The translations under genes were made by a program, and so were the position numbers. The notes beneath the pieces are model-generated. The model made no database searches, had not been told where the DNA came from, and saw only the letters and a program-made list of their open reading frames with translations. Below are positions 36,321 through 46,495 of a stretch of DNA of 64,000 nucleotides, in pieces (within the stretch, counting starts at the first letter, position 1; the number at the start of each line of letters is the position of its first letter). Source of the stretch: Thermoplasmata archaeon (lineage in GTDB: Archaea; Thermoplasmatota; E2; JACPAO01; JAHFTW01); the NCBI GenBank assembly GCA_034667725.1, contig JAXDQS010000001.1:303846-367845 (forward strand). The letters run 5' to 3'.

Positions 36321-36802
36321 TCGAGCTTCTCGGCGGCGACCTTGGCCTGCTCGTCGGCGCGCCGCTGCTTGAGCGCCGCCGCGAGCTTCGGCTGGGCGAG
36401 GGCGAGGATCTGGACGGCGAGGAAGGCGGCGTTGGCGGCGCCCGCGTCGCCGATGGCGAGGGTGCCGACCGGGATGCCCTTCGGCATCTGGGCGGTGGAC
36501 AAGAGCGAGTCCATGCCGCCCAGCGACTTGGTGAGCATCGGGACGCCGAGCACCGGCATCACGGTCTGGCTGGCGCACACGCCCGCGAGGTGGGCAGCAC
36601 CGCCGGCGCCGGCGATGACGACCTGGCAGCCGCGGGCGGGGAGGGCGTGCAGCCACTTGTGCAGCTCGTCGGGCGCGCGGTGGGCGGAGAGCACCCGGGC
36701 CTCGTAGGGGACGCCGAACGCCTTCAGGACGTCGGCGGCGTTCTTCATGCATTCCCAGTCGGACTTCGAGCCCATGACGAGGGCGACCTGGATGTCGGCC
36801 AC
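36317..36802 (-). CDS. purE: N5-CAIR mutase
   Basis: 'MGSKSD', 'SAHRAP', 'AGAGGAAHLAG', 'QMPKGIPVGT'; GTG start. Confidence 0.96.
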   Translation of the reverse strand: MADIQVALVMGSKSDWECMKNAADVLKAFGVPYEARVLSAHRAPDELHKWLHALPARGCQVVIAGAGGAAHLAGVCASQTVMPVLGVPMLTKSLGGMDSLLSTAQMPKGIPVGTLAIGDAGAANAAFLAVQILALAQPKLAAALKQRRADEQAKVAAEKLE

Positions 36803-36840
36803 GGCGCGGGGACTGGCAGACGGGTCAAAAGAGGCGCGGC

Positions 36841-38430
36841 TCACAACGGGGCAAGAGGCCCCTTCTCGGCGTAGAGCGACGGCCCGTCCTCCAGGATGGC
36901 CACGACGCCTTCGCGGTCGCGCGAGTCCTCGGGCTTGCCGTCGGGCCCGACGCAGTCGTCGGAGGTGCAGCCGTCGGCGAACGCGACGAAGACGCGGCCG
37001 TCCTTGTCGAGCGACAGGTCGTTGAAGTCCAGCAGGTTGCGGTTCGAGCCGCCCAGGTCGCGGCAGTCGCCAGAGCTGATGCAGATGCTGCCCACCTGGA
37101 CGGGGTCGTCGGTGACGCGCACGTGGGTCCACGTCGGGTTGGCGGAGAGCGCGTCCAGGCTGAAGCTGACCCAGAGGTGGTAGCGGGCGGCGGCGGGCGC
37201 CGTGTGCGGGTTGCCGTCCCACGGGTCGCCGTCGATGTTGTCGGTGCCCAGCAGGGCCGCGTCCTCGGAGCCCAGGTACGCCACCGCGATGCGGCCAGGG
37301 TCGCCGGCCTGGATGTGCGGGAAGGTGGTGCTCACGACCGAGGGCGCGGACGCCACCAGGCTCAGGGCGTCCCACTTGCCGCCGCCGTCGGTGCTGCGCG
37401 ACAGGTAGGTGCGGGCGTCCTTGCCGACCCAGGTGAAGTAGGCGTTCGACGCGGAGTCGGTGGCGACCTCCGAGTTCTTGCGCGGGCTCGGGGTGCCCGC
37501 GTCCTTGCCAAGCTCGGTGTAGGTCCACGAGAAGCCGTTGTCCTTGCTGACCAGGACTCCCGGCGACTCCAGGCGGGGCGGCACGTACACGGTGCCGTCC
37601 GGCGCGGTCGTGATGGCGCCGTGCAGGCCGGCGTTCGTCATCGCCACGCCGGTGCCGCTGGCGCCCGCCTCGAAGGTGGCGCCGCCGTCCAGGCTGGTGT
37701 AGCAGGTCACGGTGCCGACCACGACGACGCCGGTGTTGCGGCAGACGTAGACCGCCTGGTCGTACGCGCCCGCGGCCTTGCCGGCGGCGCCGAAGCCGGC
37801 GTCGGTCCAGGGGCCGGTGGCGACCTTCATGTGGTCCACGCTCGGGTTGGGGCCGCAGTCGAGCGGGTTGCCGAGCCAGGTGGCGCCGTCGTCGTCGGAC
37901 CAGGAAATCCAGCACGACTGGGTGTTCACCATCTGGACGCTGAAGACCCGGTCGGTCACGGGGTCCACCCACAGGTAGGGGTCGCTCGTGTCGGTGGCCA
38001 GGAAGGGGCTCGTGAGCTGCTCCCACGACTTGCCCTGGTCGCACGACCGCATCAGGTCCTGCAGCGCCACGAAGAACATGCAGCCCGAGTCGGTGACGCC
38101 GATGCTGGGCTCGGGGCCGTCGCGGCCGACGCGCGACAGGCGGAACGAGAGCGCCGGCGCCGCCTGCAACGGGTCGGTGCCGGCCGTCAGCTCCACGCCG
38201 TCGAGCACGCCGTCGCCGTCCGTGTCCGCCCGGGTCGCGTCGGTGCCGGCCGCCACCTCGTCGGCGTCCCCCAGCGCGTCGCCGTCGGTGTCGGCCAGCT
38301 CCGGGTTGGTGCCAAGCTCCTGCTCGCGGGCGTCCATGAGGCCGTCGCCGTCGCTGTCGGTGTCTTGGGCGCAGCCCGCCAGAGCCGTGGCAACCATCAG
38401 GGCCGCGAGGGCCATCGTCCAGAAGCGCAT
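36841..38430 (-). CDS. Lipoprotein with TSP3-like DxDxDG repeats and BNR/Asp-box (sialidase-like) propeller
   Basis: Lipobox LAGC; 'DTDGDG' repeats; Asp-boxes SDDDGATW, SLDGGATF, SKDNGFSW, STDGGGKW. Confidence 0.82.
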   Translation of the reverse strand: MRFWTMALAALMVATALAGCAQDTDSDGDGLMDAREQELGTNPELADTDGDALGDADEVAAGTDATRADTDGDGVLDGVELTAGTDPLQAAPALSFRLSRVGRDGPEPSIGVTDSGCMFFVALQDLMRSCDQGKSWEQLTSPFLATDTSDPYLWVDPVTDRVFSVQMVNTQSCWISWSDDDGATWLGNPLDCGPNPSVDHMKVATGPWTDAGFGAAGKAAGAYDQAVYVCRNTGVVVVGTVTCYTSLDGGATFEAGASGTGVAMTNAGLHGAITTAPDGTVYVPPRLESPGVLVSKDNGFSWTYTELGKDAGTPSPRKNSEVATDSASNAYFTWVGKDARTYLSRSTDGGGKWDALSLVASAPSVVSTTFPHIQAGDPGRIAVAYLGSEDAALLGTDNIDGDPWDGNPHTAPAAARYHLWVSFSLDALSANPTWTHVRVTDDPVQVGSICISSGDCRDLGGSNRNLLDFNDLSLDKDGRVFVAFADGCTSDDCVGPDGKPEDSRDREGVVAILEDGPSLYAEKGPLAPL

Positions 38431-38575
38431 GGGGCGGCCAGCCGAGGAGGGCCGCAAGAACCTATGCCTAGGGCTACAGGACGAAGTCGAGGCCCATGTC
38501 AGGCCTTGGCGCCCGCAGGGCGGCAAGGCCGCGACCGGGACGGCCGCTGCTGCTGAAGCGAGCGAAGCGAGGCTT

Positions 38576-39715
38576 TCAGAGCACGAAGTCTAGTCCCATG
38601 TCTTTCTTCTGCCGCGCCTGCTTCTGCGCGGTCGGGCCCAGGATCTGGCGCGACTTAACGCCCGTGATGACGAGCATGACCCGGATGGTGTGGTCGAGGT
38701 TCTCGTCGATGTTGGCGCCCCACAGGATGCGGGCGTCCTTGTTGACGCGGTTGTGGATCTCCTCGACGACGCGCATCACTTCCTGCATCGTCATGTCGCG
38801 GCCGCCCACGACGTTGACCAGGGCGCCGGTGGCGTCCGAGATGTCCACGTCCAGCAAGGGGGAGTTGAGCGCCTCCAGCACGGCGTTGCGGGCGCGGTCC
38901 TCGCCGTCCGCCTCGCCCAGGCCGATCATCGCGACACCGCCGCGCTTCATGATGGTCTTGAGGTCCGCGAAGTCGCGGTTGACGAGGCCGGGCTTGGTGA
39001 CGATCTCGGTGATGCCCTTGATGGAGCGCATCAGGATGGAGTCGGCGACCTTGAACGCCTCCACCAGCTTGAGGCGGGGCGCCACCTCCAAGAGCTTCTG
39101 GTTGGGCACGACGATGACGGTGTCGCACACGTCCCGGAGGCGGGCCAGGCCGGCCTCCGCGTTCTCCATGCGGACGGCGCCCTCGTAGTCGAAGGGCAGG
39201 CTGCACACGGCGATGGTGAGGGCGCCGGCCTCGCGGGCCAGGCGGGCCACGACGGGGGCGGAGCCGGTGCCGGTGCCGCCGCCGAGGCCGCAGGTGACGA
39301 ACACGATGTCCGCGCCCGTGACCTGGGAGCGCAGGTCCTGCTCGGTCTCCAGCGCGGCCTCCTCGCCGATCTGGGGCAGGGCGCCGGCGCCGAGGCCCTT
39401 GGTGAGGTGGCGGCCGATGAGGATCTTGTTGGGGCTGCGGGTGACCAGCAGGTGCTGGGCGTCGGTGTTGAGGGCCACGAGCTCGATGTCGCCCAGGTCC
39501 TCCTCGGTGCAGCGCTGGATGGTGTTGCTGCCGGCGCCGCCGCAGCCGAACACCTTGATCTTGGTGGTGAGGCTCGCGAGGACCTTCTCCAGGTCGTTGT
39601 CGCGCGTGTTGTGGATGGTCGTCTCGCGGGCGGCGGCGCGCGGGTCGAAGCGCGGGCTGGCGGCGCGTTGTTCAAGCTCGGCCCTTGCGACCGCTTCGCG
39701 AATGATGTCCTTCAT
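38576..39715 (-). CDS. ftsZ: Cell division protein FtsZ
   Basis: 'GCGGAGSN', 'NTDAQHL', tubulin signature GGGTGTG, T7 loop 'GLVNRDFAD'; start could be 39724. Confidence 0.97.
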   Translation of the reverse strand: MKDIIREAVARAELEQRAASPRFDPRAAARETTIHNTRDNDLEKVLASLTTKIKVFGCGGAGSNTIQRCTEEDLGDIELVALNTDAQHLLVTRSPNKILIGRHLTKGLGAGALPQIGEEAALETEQDLRSQVTGADIVFVTCGLGGGTGTGSAPVVARLAREAGALTIAVCSLPFDYEGAVRMENAEAGLARLRDVCDTVIVVPNQKLLEVAPRLKLVEAFKVADSILMRSIKGITEIVTKPGLVNRDFADLKTIMKRGGVAMIGLGEADGEDRARNAVLEALNSPLLDVDISDATGALVNVVGGRDMTMQEVMRVVEEIHNRVNKDARILWGANIDENLDHTIRVMLVITGVKSRQILGPTAQKQARQKKDMGLDFVL

Positions 39716-39771
39716 GATGTGCATCCCCAAGGAGCGGCGGAGTGCCGTCGCTCCCATCCCGGACTGGAAAC

Positions 39772-40251
39772 TTACCCTTTTGCGGATAAGCGTTGGCTTT
39801 CTCTCTGGAGGCCGGCCGGCGCAGGGAACGGCCCTTCGCTTCCGGTGGAGGCGCCCCATCCGGCCAAGCCCCGCAACTGGGCTAGGTCGAACGGCTGGGC
39901 CAGGACGCCCACGCCCTGCGCCTCGGCGCGGCGCCGGGTGGGCGCGTCCAGCCAGCTCGCCACCAGGCAGCAACGGGCGCCGGGGCAGCGCTCCTGCACG
40001 GTCGCAAGGAAGCTCAGGCCGTCGGTGCCCGGCATCCGGCCGGCGGCCAGCACGAGGCCGGGCGAACCGTGCCGCAAGGCCTCCAGCGCCTGCTGCGGCG
40101 TGGCGGCGCACGCGATCTCCTGGCGCGGCAGGTCGACCGCGAACAGGCTCCTGAGGCTCTCGGCGATGTCGTCCTCGCCGCCTACGATCAGCACGCGCAA
40201 GGCAAGGACCCTTACGGCGCGCGGGTCTTCAACCGCCGTCCGCGCAAACAT
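39772..40251 (-). CDS. Stand-alone CheY-like receiver-fold protein, degenerate (pseudo-receiver)
   Basis: '[15 protein letters not shown]', 'ALEALR...[19 protein letters not shown]', 'AQPFDL'; start uncertain. Confidence 0.7.
   Translation of the reverse strand: MFARTAVEDPRAVRVLALRVLIVGGEDDIAESLRSLFAVDLPRQEIACAATPQQALEALRHGSPGLVLAAGRMPGTDGLSFLATVQERCPGARCCLVASWLDAPTRRRAEAQGVGVLAQPFDLAQLRGLAGWGASTGSEGPFPAPAGLQRESQRLSAKG
39785..39790 (-). promoter_or_regulatory. TATA-like element upstream of ftsZ
   Basis: CTTATC on the minus strand about 70 nt upstream of the ftsZ start. Confidence 0.45.
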
Positions 40252-40262
40252 GTATGCTTCGG

Positions 40263-41561
40263 CTACGCGGCCGGCTTGGCCCCGAGCAGCGGCTCCTCGG
40301 TCAGGCTGAACGCGTTGCCCAAGGCGCCCGAGCGCAGCACGTTGTAGGTGACGCCGACGCGGCCGTCGGGCATCCGGACGGCGTCGAAGTAGTCCGCGAA
40401 CTCGCGGTCGCCGGTGCAGGTGGTGCCCGAGATGCAGATGCCGCCCGTCTTGACCGGTTCCGAGTTGAGCTGGCCCTGGGAGACGGTGCCGTTGCCGAAG
40501 AAGTCGGTCGTCCAGGCGAGGGTGACGTTCCAGTCGCCCTGCACGTTGTCGGGGAAGGCGTCCTCGCCGGCCTCGTAGAACGCGACCGCGGCGTGCCCGT
40601 CGGCGCCCGCCACGGCGATCGGGAACACCTTGCTGCCGGTGGCGTCGTCCATGCGGCGCGCCTGCCAGGTGGCGCCCTCGTCCTTCGAGCCCGCCAGGAA
40701 GATGCTGACCTTGTCGCCGTCCGCCTCGCCCCAGGCCAGGTAGACGTTGCCGGCGTCGTCGGCGGCGCCCGTGACCAGGCCGAGCCCAAGCTGCTGGCCC
40801 GCAAGGTCGCCCGCGAAGCCCAGCGTCCAGGCCTGCCCGCCGTCGGAGGTCATGGCGTAGGCCGCGTGCGCGCCGCCGCCGGTGGCGACCCCGTCGGCGA
40901 AGTTGAAGGTGAACCAGACCGAGTCCTTGGCCTGGTTCCAGAAGCCGCCGCCGCCCCAGCCCGAGTTGCCGGTGGCGAAGATGACGTTGCCCGCGCCCTC
41001 CGGCGGGGCCGTGGGCAGCCAAGTGGCGCCGTAGTCGGTGGTCTTGAGCGCGAGCTGCTGGAAGCTGGGCAGCTGGTGGCTGTAGAGGTACGCCGTGCCG
41101 CCGGTGGTCGGGATGACGTACTGGCGGTCGTGGACGGGGCCCGCGCACACGGCCGGGTTGTTGGTCCAAGTGGCGCCCGCGTCCTTGCTGACCGAGACCG
41201 CGTTGCACACCGCGGCATAGAGGCGCGACTCCCACACGGTGCCGTCCACGTCGACGGCGAGGTCCGGGTCGTTGTTCGGGATGCCGGGGTACGGGTCGCC
41301 GAGGTTGGTCCAGGTGGCGCCGCTGTCCTTGCTCTGGTAGACGTTGCTGAACAGGTTGGTGTAGAGCGTCCCGTCGGGCGCGACGCCCAGGCTGGGCTCG
41401 GCGCCGGAGTCCCCCTTCGCGACGGGCGCCTCGACCCGCACGAACGGCTTGGCCGCAGGCGGCGGGGGCGGCGGCAGGACCGGCGGGTCGATGGTGTCGC
41501 CGCAGCCGGCCAGGGCGGTGAGGGCCACGAGGGCGGCGGCGAGGAGGGGGAGGGTGCGCAT
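40263..41561 (-). CDS. Lipoprotein with BNR/Asp-box (sialidase-like) propeller
   Basis: Lipobox LAGC; SKDSGATW, SKDAGATW, TTDYGATW, TSDGGQAW, SKDEGATW; shares 'EPS(L/I)GV' and 'ICISxGxC' with the 36841 protein. Confidence 0.82.
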   Translation of the reverse strand: MRTLPLLAAALVALTALAGCGDTIDPPVLPPPPPPAAKPFVRVEAPVAKGDSGAEPSLGVAPDGTLYTNLFSNVYQSKDSGATWTNLGDPYPGIPNNDPDLAVDVDGTVWESRLYAAVCNAVSVSKDAGATWTNNPAVCAGPVHDRQYVIPTTGGTAYLYSHQLPSFQQLALKTTDYGATWLPTAPPEGAGNVIFATGNSGWGGGGFWNQAKDSVWFTFNFADGVATGGGAHAAYAMTSDGGQAWTLGFAGDLAGQQLGLGLVTGAADDAGNVYLAWGEADGDKVSIFLAGSKDEGATWQARRMDDATGSKVFPIAVAGADGHAAVAFYEAGEDAFPDNVQGDWNVTLAWTTDFFGNGTVSQGQLNSEPVKTGGICISGTTCTGDREFADYFDAVRMPDGRVGVTYNVLRSGALGNAFSLTEEPLLGAKPAA

Positions 41562-41607
41562 GGGGCGCGCGACGCCGGGCGCCGGACGTAATGCTTGCGG
41601 CGCCTCA

Positions 41608-41673
41608 CGAACCACGGATTGCACGGATCGCACGGACCTTTGGTTCCGTGCAATCCGTGCAATCCGTGGTTCG
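41608..41673. repeat. 29-bp inverted repeat built from tandem 9-mers (CACGGATTG)
   Basis: CGAACCACGGATTGCACGGATCGCACGGA-(8 nt)-TCCGTGCAATCCGTGCAATCCGTGGTTCG, one mismatch. Confidence 0.9.
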
Positions 41674-41689
41674 GTAGCAGGCGCAGCCG

Positions 41690-42973
<1,284 letters not shown>

Positions 42974-43075
42974 GTCAGGGCGGGGACTGAGGTGCAGGAA
43001 AAAGGGTTGGCCTTCAGGATAGAAACAAGTGCATGAAGGGCAAAGTCCTAATAGGTTCGATAAGTCGGAAACGCC

Positions 43076-44257
43076 GTGGTCTGTCGGTTGCTGTGCGCGG
43101 TCGCGCTGGCTGTTCTCTGCTCCATGCCTGCAGCGGAGGCGAGTGTCCGGCCGGGCAACCGCTTCCCCGTCTCGGCCACCGACTTCTACCTCAGCGGCGA
43201 CGCCGCGGCCGACGGCCTGCTGTCGCTGGCCCCCGAGGTGCCCGCGACCGCGTCGCAGCTCACCTTCGTGGCCCCGGGCGTCGACGTCCTCGGCCTGTTG
43301 GACTTCCCGAGCACCCAGGCCTGGGTCTCCACCCAGCCGTTCCCCAAGGATCTGGAGGTCACGGACAAGGTCGAGGCGGTCGTCTACTTCACCGCCAACG
43401 CGCAGGCCACCGCCATCTTCACCGTGCGCCTGCTGGACGTCGCCCCCGACGGCCACCGCGACGAGCTGGCCCGCGACCAGCAGCAGTTCGTCACCGTCCT
43501 GTCCCCAACCCCCGTCACCTTCTACCTCGACGCCCAGGGCGCCGTGCTGCAGCGCAACCACACGCTCCAGCTCGAGCTGCAGGCCGAGACCGCCACCGCG
43601 CTGGTCGTGGCCAACTACGGCGGCGAGACCCCCTCCGGCCTGCTGGCCCTGGAGACCCGCTGGCTCGACAGCGACGGCGACGGCATCGCCGACTCCGACG
43701 AGCTCGACCGGGGCCTGAACCCGCTCGACCCGGCGGACGCCCACGACCTGTTCATCGACAACGACCACGACGGCCTCGACGACGACCTGGAGGCCACCAT
43801 CGGCACCGACCCCCTCGACCCGGACACCGACGGCGACGGCTTCGGCGACGGCATCGAGGTCCACGCCGGCAGCGACCCGCTCGACCCCGCCTCCACCCCG
43901 GAGGACACCGACGGCGACGGCCTGCCCGACTCCTTCGAGGAAATCCACTTCCACAACAGCACCAACGGCGGCTCGACCTCGACCACCATCCAAAACACCC
44001 TGCCCGGCGACGACCCGGACCAGGACGGCTGCAGCAACCTGTGCGAGGCACAGCACGGCACCGACCCGAACGACCCCGACTCCGACGACGACGGGATCCT
44101 GGACGGCGCCGAGGTGGCCGCGGGCACCAACCCCGCGAGCCCCGTCGTCGTCGCGGGCGCCGGCGGCGTCCGCGGCGTCCCCGAGCCGGTGGCCGCCGCC
44201 GCGGCCTTCGGCCTCGGCACCGCCGCCGTCCTGTTCGCGCTCCTCCGGAGGCCCTAG
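43076..44257 (+). CDS. Secreted surface protein with TSP3-like Ca-binding repeats and a VPEP-TM-RR C-terminus
   Basis: Signal peptide; 'DSDGDG', 'DTDGDG' repeats; ends VPEP + hydrophobic helix + RR. Confidence 0.8.
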   Translation: MVCRLLCAVALAVLCSMPAAEASVRPGNRFPVSATDFYLSGDAAADGLLSLAPEVPATASQLTFVAPGVDVLGLLDFPSTQAWVSTQPFPKDLEVTDKVEAVVYFTANAQATAIFTVRLLDVAPDGHRDELARDQQQFVTVLSPTPVTFYLDAQGAVLQRNHTLQLELQAETATALVVANYGGETPSGLLALETRWLDSDGDGIADSDELDRGLNPLDPADAHDLFIDNDHDGLDDDLEATIGTDPLDPDTDGDGFGDGIEVHAGSDPLDPASTPEDTDGDGLPDSFEEIHFHNSTNGGSTSTTIQNTLPGDDPDQDGCSNLCEAQHGTDPNDPDSDDDGILDGAEVAAGTNPASPVVVAGAGGVRGVPEPVAAAAAFGLGTAAVLFALLRRP

Positions 44258-44260
44258 ACC

Positions 44261-44950
44261 ATGAACGAACGCACCTACATCGGACTGCTTGCGGCCGGAC
44301 TCGCCGCCAACTGCCTCTTCCTCGGCCTCGCGCTCTTGGACTTCGCCGCCTGGGGCTCGGCCAACATGTGGCCGATCTTCGTCGGCTGGGCCTTCCTGGT
44401 CGTGCTCTTGGTGGTCCTGGCCATCTCCAACCGCCTGCGCCCCGCCGCCGACCCCCAGCCGGCCATGCCCGAGCCCAAGAAGGCCGACGAGCCCAAGCCG
44501 GCCGCCAAGGTCGTCGTCAAGGACACGCCCTTCCAGTTCAACGGCTTCACCCTGCACGCCCGCAAGACCGAGCTCAAGGGCGGCGGCAGCCAGGACATCT
44601 ACTTCTTCGCCAAGCAGAAGCCCAAGTCCGGCCACCCCGTCCCCAAGCCCACGGGCTACCACGTCGGCGTCAACGAGCGCACCGGCCTGCCGTTCCTGAA
44701 GCGCGGCGCCGGCCAGGACGGCGAGGACCTCACCCCGGACCTGGAGCCCGGCTACCGCCCCCAGTGCTCCGCGCTCACCGAGGAGGGCCACCAGTGCCGC
44801 AACTCCGCCCGCGAGTCGTCGAAGTACTGCATCAGCCACTTCGGCTACCAGCCCCCGCTCATCGCCAAGGCGGCCGCCGCCCGCGAGGACACCAAGCCGC
44901 GCGTCAAGGGCGCTGCGGACACCAAGCCGTCGGTGCGCAAGGCGGCGTAG
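44261..44950 (+). CDS. Two-TM membrane protein with basic cytoplasmic domain and DUF5763-like CCCH zinc finger
   Basis: Two hydrophobic helices; '[12 protein letters not shown]...[10 protein letters not shown]'; '[14 protein letters not shown]...YCISH'. Confidence 0.7.
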   Translation: MNERTYIGLLAAGLAANCLFLGLALLDFAAWGSANMWPIFVGWAFLVVLLVVLAISNRLRPAADPQPAMPEPKKADEPKPAAKVVVKDTPFQFNGFTLHARKTELKGGGSQDIYFFAKQKPKSGHPVPKPTGYHVGVNERTGLPFLKRGAGQDGEDLTPDLEPGYRPQCSALTEEGHQCRNSARESSKYCISHFGYQPPLIAKAAAAREDTKPRVKGAADTKPSVRKAA

Positions 44951-45188
44951 GCCACCAGCAGCCTGCCGCGGCAGCAACCCTCGAATGGCCCGCGTCGCAT
45001 GGGCCCGGCCGCCATGACCGAGCGCCCCGCCCCGATGGCCCCGCCCCGCAAGCCGCGCGAGCCGCGCACCGAGTACGACGGCGGCTTCGGCGACGACGAC
45101 GAAGCCCAGTAGCCGCTGGTTGCACATTCCCAGAACCGAACGGTTGGTTCTTATCCAGGGTCCTCTCGCTGCCAAAATTGAGGAGCCC

Positions 45189-45647
45189 ATGTACGCCTGC
45201 CCCCACTGCAACGCCATCAACATGTTCATGGCCTACCAGGACGGCAGCCTCATCCGCGTCCTGGAGGACCATGAAGACACCGAGATGCTCGGCGAAGTCT
45301 CCGAGCTGCTGTGCATCGAGTGCAACAACTGGTTCCCCAACCCGCAGCTCGACGCCCACCAGCGCGTGCTGACCGGCGAGCTCGTCACCATCACCGGCCT
45401 CAAGGGCAACGGCACCATCAAGACGGTCGCCACCGGCGTCACCTTCCCGTTCCACTACGACACCTACGAGGAGGAGGCCGCCCGCGTGCTGTCCGGCCAG
45501 CCCCAGAAGTTCATCCAGGACCTGTTCGAGTTCACGCACCACAGCGACAACACCTTGGGCCTGCGCGTCAAGGAGCCTGGCAACCCGAACACCTGGGTGT
45601 ACCGGCTCGACAAGAAGCGCCTCAAGAAGGCGCTGCACCACCGCTAG
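45189..45647 (+). CDS. Hypothetical protein with zinc-ribbon (CPHC...CIEC)
   Basis: GAGGAG SD before ATG 45189, CTTATC at 45150, host-like codon usage. Confidence 0.75.
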   Translation: MYACPHCNAINMFMAYQDGSLIRVLEDHEDTEMLGEVSELLCIECNNWFPNPQLDAHQRVLTGELVTITGLKGNGTIKTVATGVTFPFHYDTYEEEAARVLSGQPQKFIQDLFEFTHHSDNTLGLRVKEPGNPNTWVYRLDKKRLKKALHHR

Positions 45648-45665
45648 GCGCCGACAGAAACCGGG

Positions 45666-45905
45666 ATGAAGCCGCAGCCGCTGGCCCCGGGCATGGAGAC
45701 CCAGAACCAGGCCGTCCCTCTGCACCGCGGCAAGTTCACCCGCAGCAAGACGGACCGGCGGATCGCCGGCGTGTGCGGCGGCCTTGCGCGCTACTTCGGC
45801 ATCGACGCCACCTTGGTGCGCGTCCTCGCGGTCCTGAGCATCTTCGCCGGCGGCATCGGCCTGCTGGCCTACATCCTGCTCTGGATCTTCACCGACGAGG
45901 CATAG
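45666..45905 (+). CDS. PspC domain membrane protein
   Basis: '[27 protein letters not shown]', 'LAYILLWI'; start may be 45693. Confidence 0.9.
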   Translation: MKPQPLAPGMETQNQAVPLHRGKFTRSKTDRRIAGVCGGLARYFGIDATLVRVLAVLSIFAGGIGLLAYILLWIFTDEA

Positions 45906-45906
45906 G

Positions 45907-46371
45907 TTGGCCGACGCCCGGCCGCGCTACCACTGGCTGAAGCTCCGGGCCGTGGCCCACCCCACCGAGGACGTCGCCAAGGTCGAGGCCTCGCTGCGGT
46001 TCGTGAGCGGGCTGGACGAGGCGGCGTTCGCGGCGGCCCGCAAGGACACCCCGATGGACACCCACCACGGCCTCACGCTGCACGTGCTGGAGGCCACCGT
46101 GGAGAAGTCGCGCGCCATCCGCGACGTGCTGGAGCGCGTGTTCGCCCTCCCCGGCGCCCTCGACCGGCTGCGCGCGACCGCCGATGCCCGCGTCGACGAC
46201 GACGGCATCCTCTACCTGCGCCTCGACAAGCAGGCCGCCCACGACGGCCGGCTGGAGCTGCTGGACGGCGAGGACGCGGTGCAGGCCCGGCTCAAGCTGG
46301 AGAGCTACCCCGCCACCCGCGCGGCCGCCGTCGCCGCGGTGCAGGCGATGCTCGCCTCCGGCCGCCCATGA
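45907..46371 (+). CDS. Archaeal DUF54/COG1325-type RNA-binding protein
   Basis: 'AVAHPTEDVAKV', 'THHG', 'LYLRLDKQAA'; TTG start. Confidence 0.85.
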   Translation: MADARPRYHWLKLRAVAHPTEDVAKVEASLRFVSGLDEAAFAAARKDTPMDTHHGLTLHVLEATVEKSRAIRDVLERVFALPGALDRLRATADARVDDDGILYLRLDKQAAHDGRLELLDGEDAVQARLKLESYPATRAAAVAAVQAMLASGRP

Positions 46372-46495
46372 CTTCAGGGTTGGAGCGCCAATCCTTTATC
46401 AGCAGGGGTCCCTGCGCGGCTGCCCCTGGGAGAGCGTCCGCCATGGTGACCTGCTGGAACCCCTGCCTCGCCCTCCTCGCCTTGGAGACCCGTTG

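Noticed and set aside
41608-41673. CRISPR array
   Set aside because: Repeats are 9-mers in inverted arrangement without spacers; no cas genes in the window.
45013-45111. 32-aa [11 protein letters not shown]...DDDEAQ
   Set aside because: Too short and has no recognisable motif; cannot be supported.
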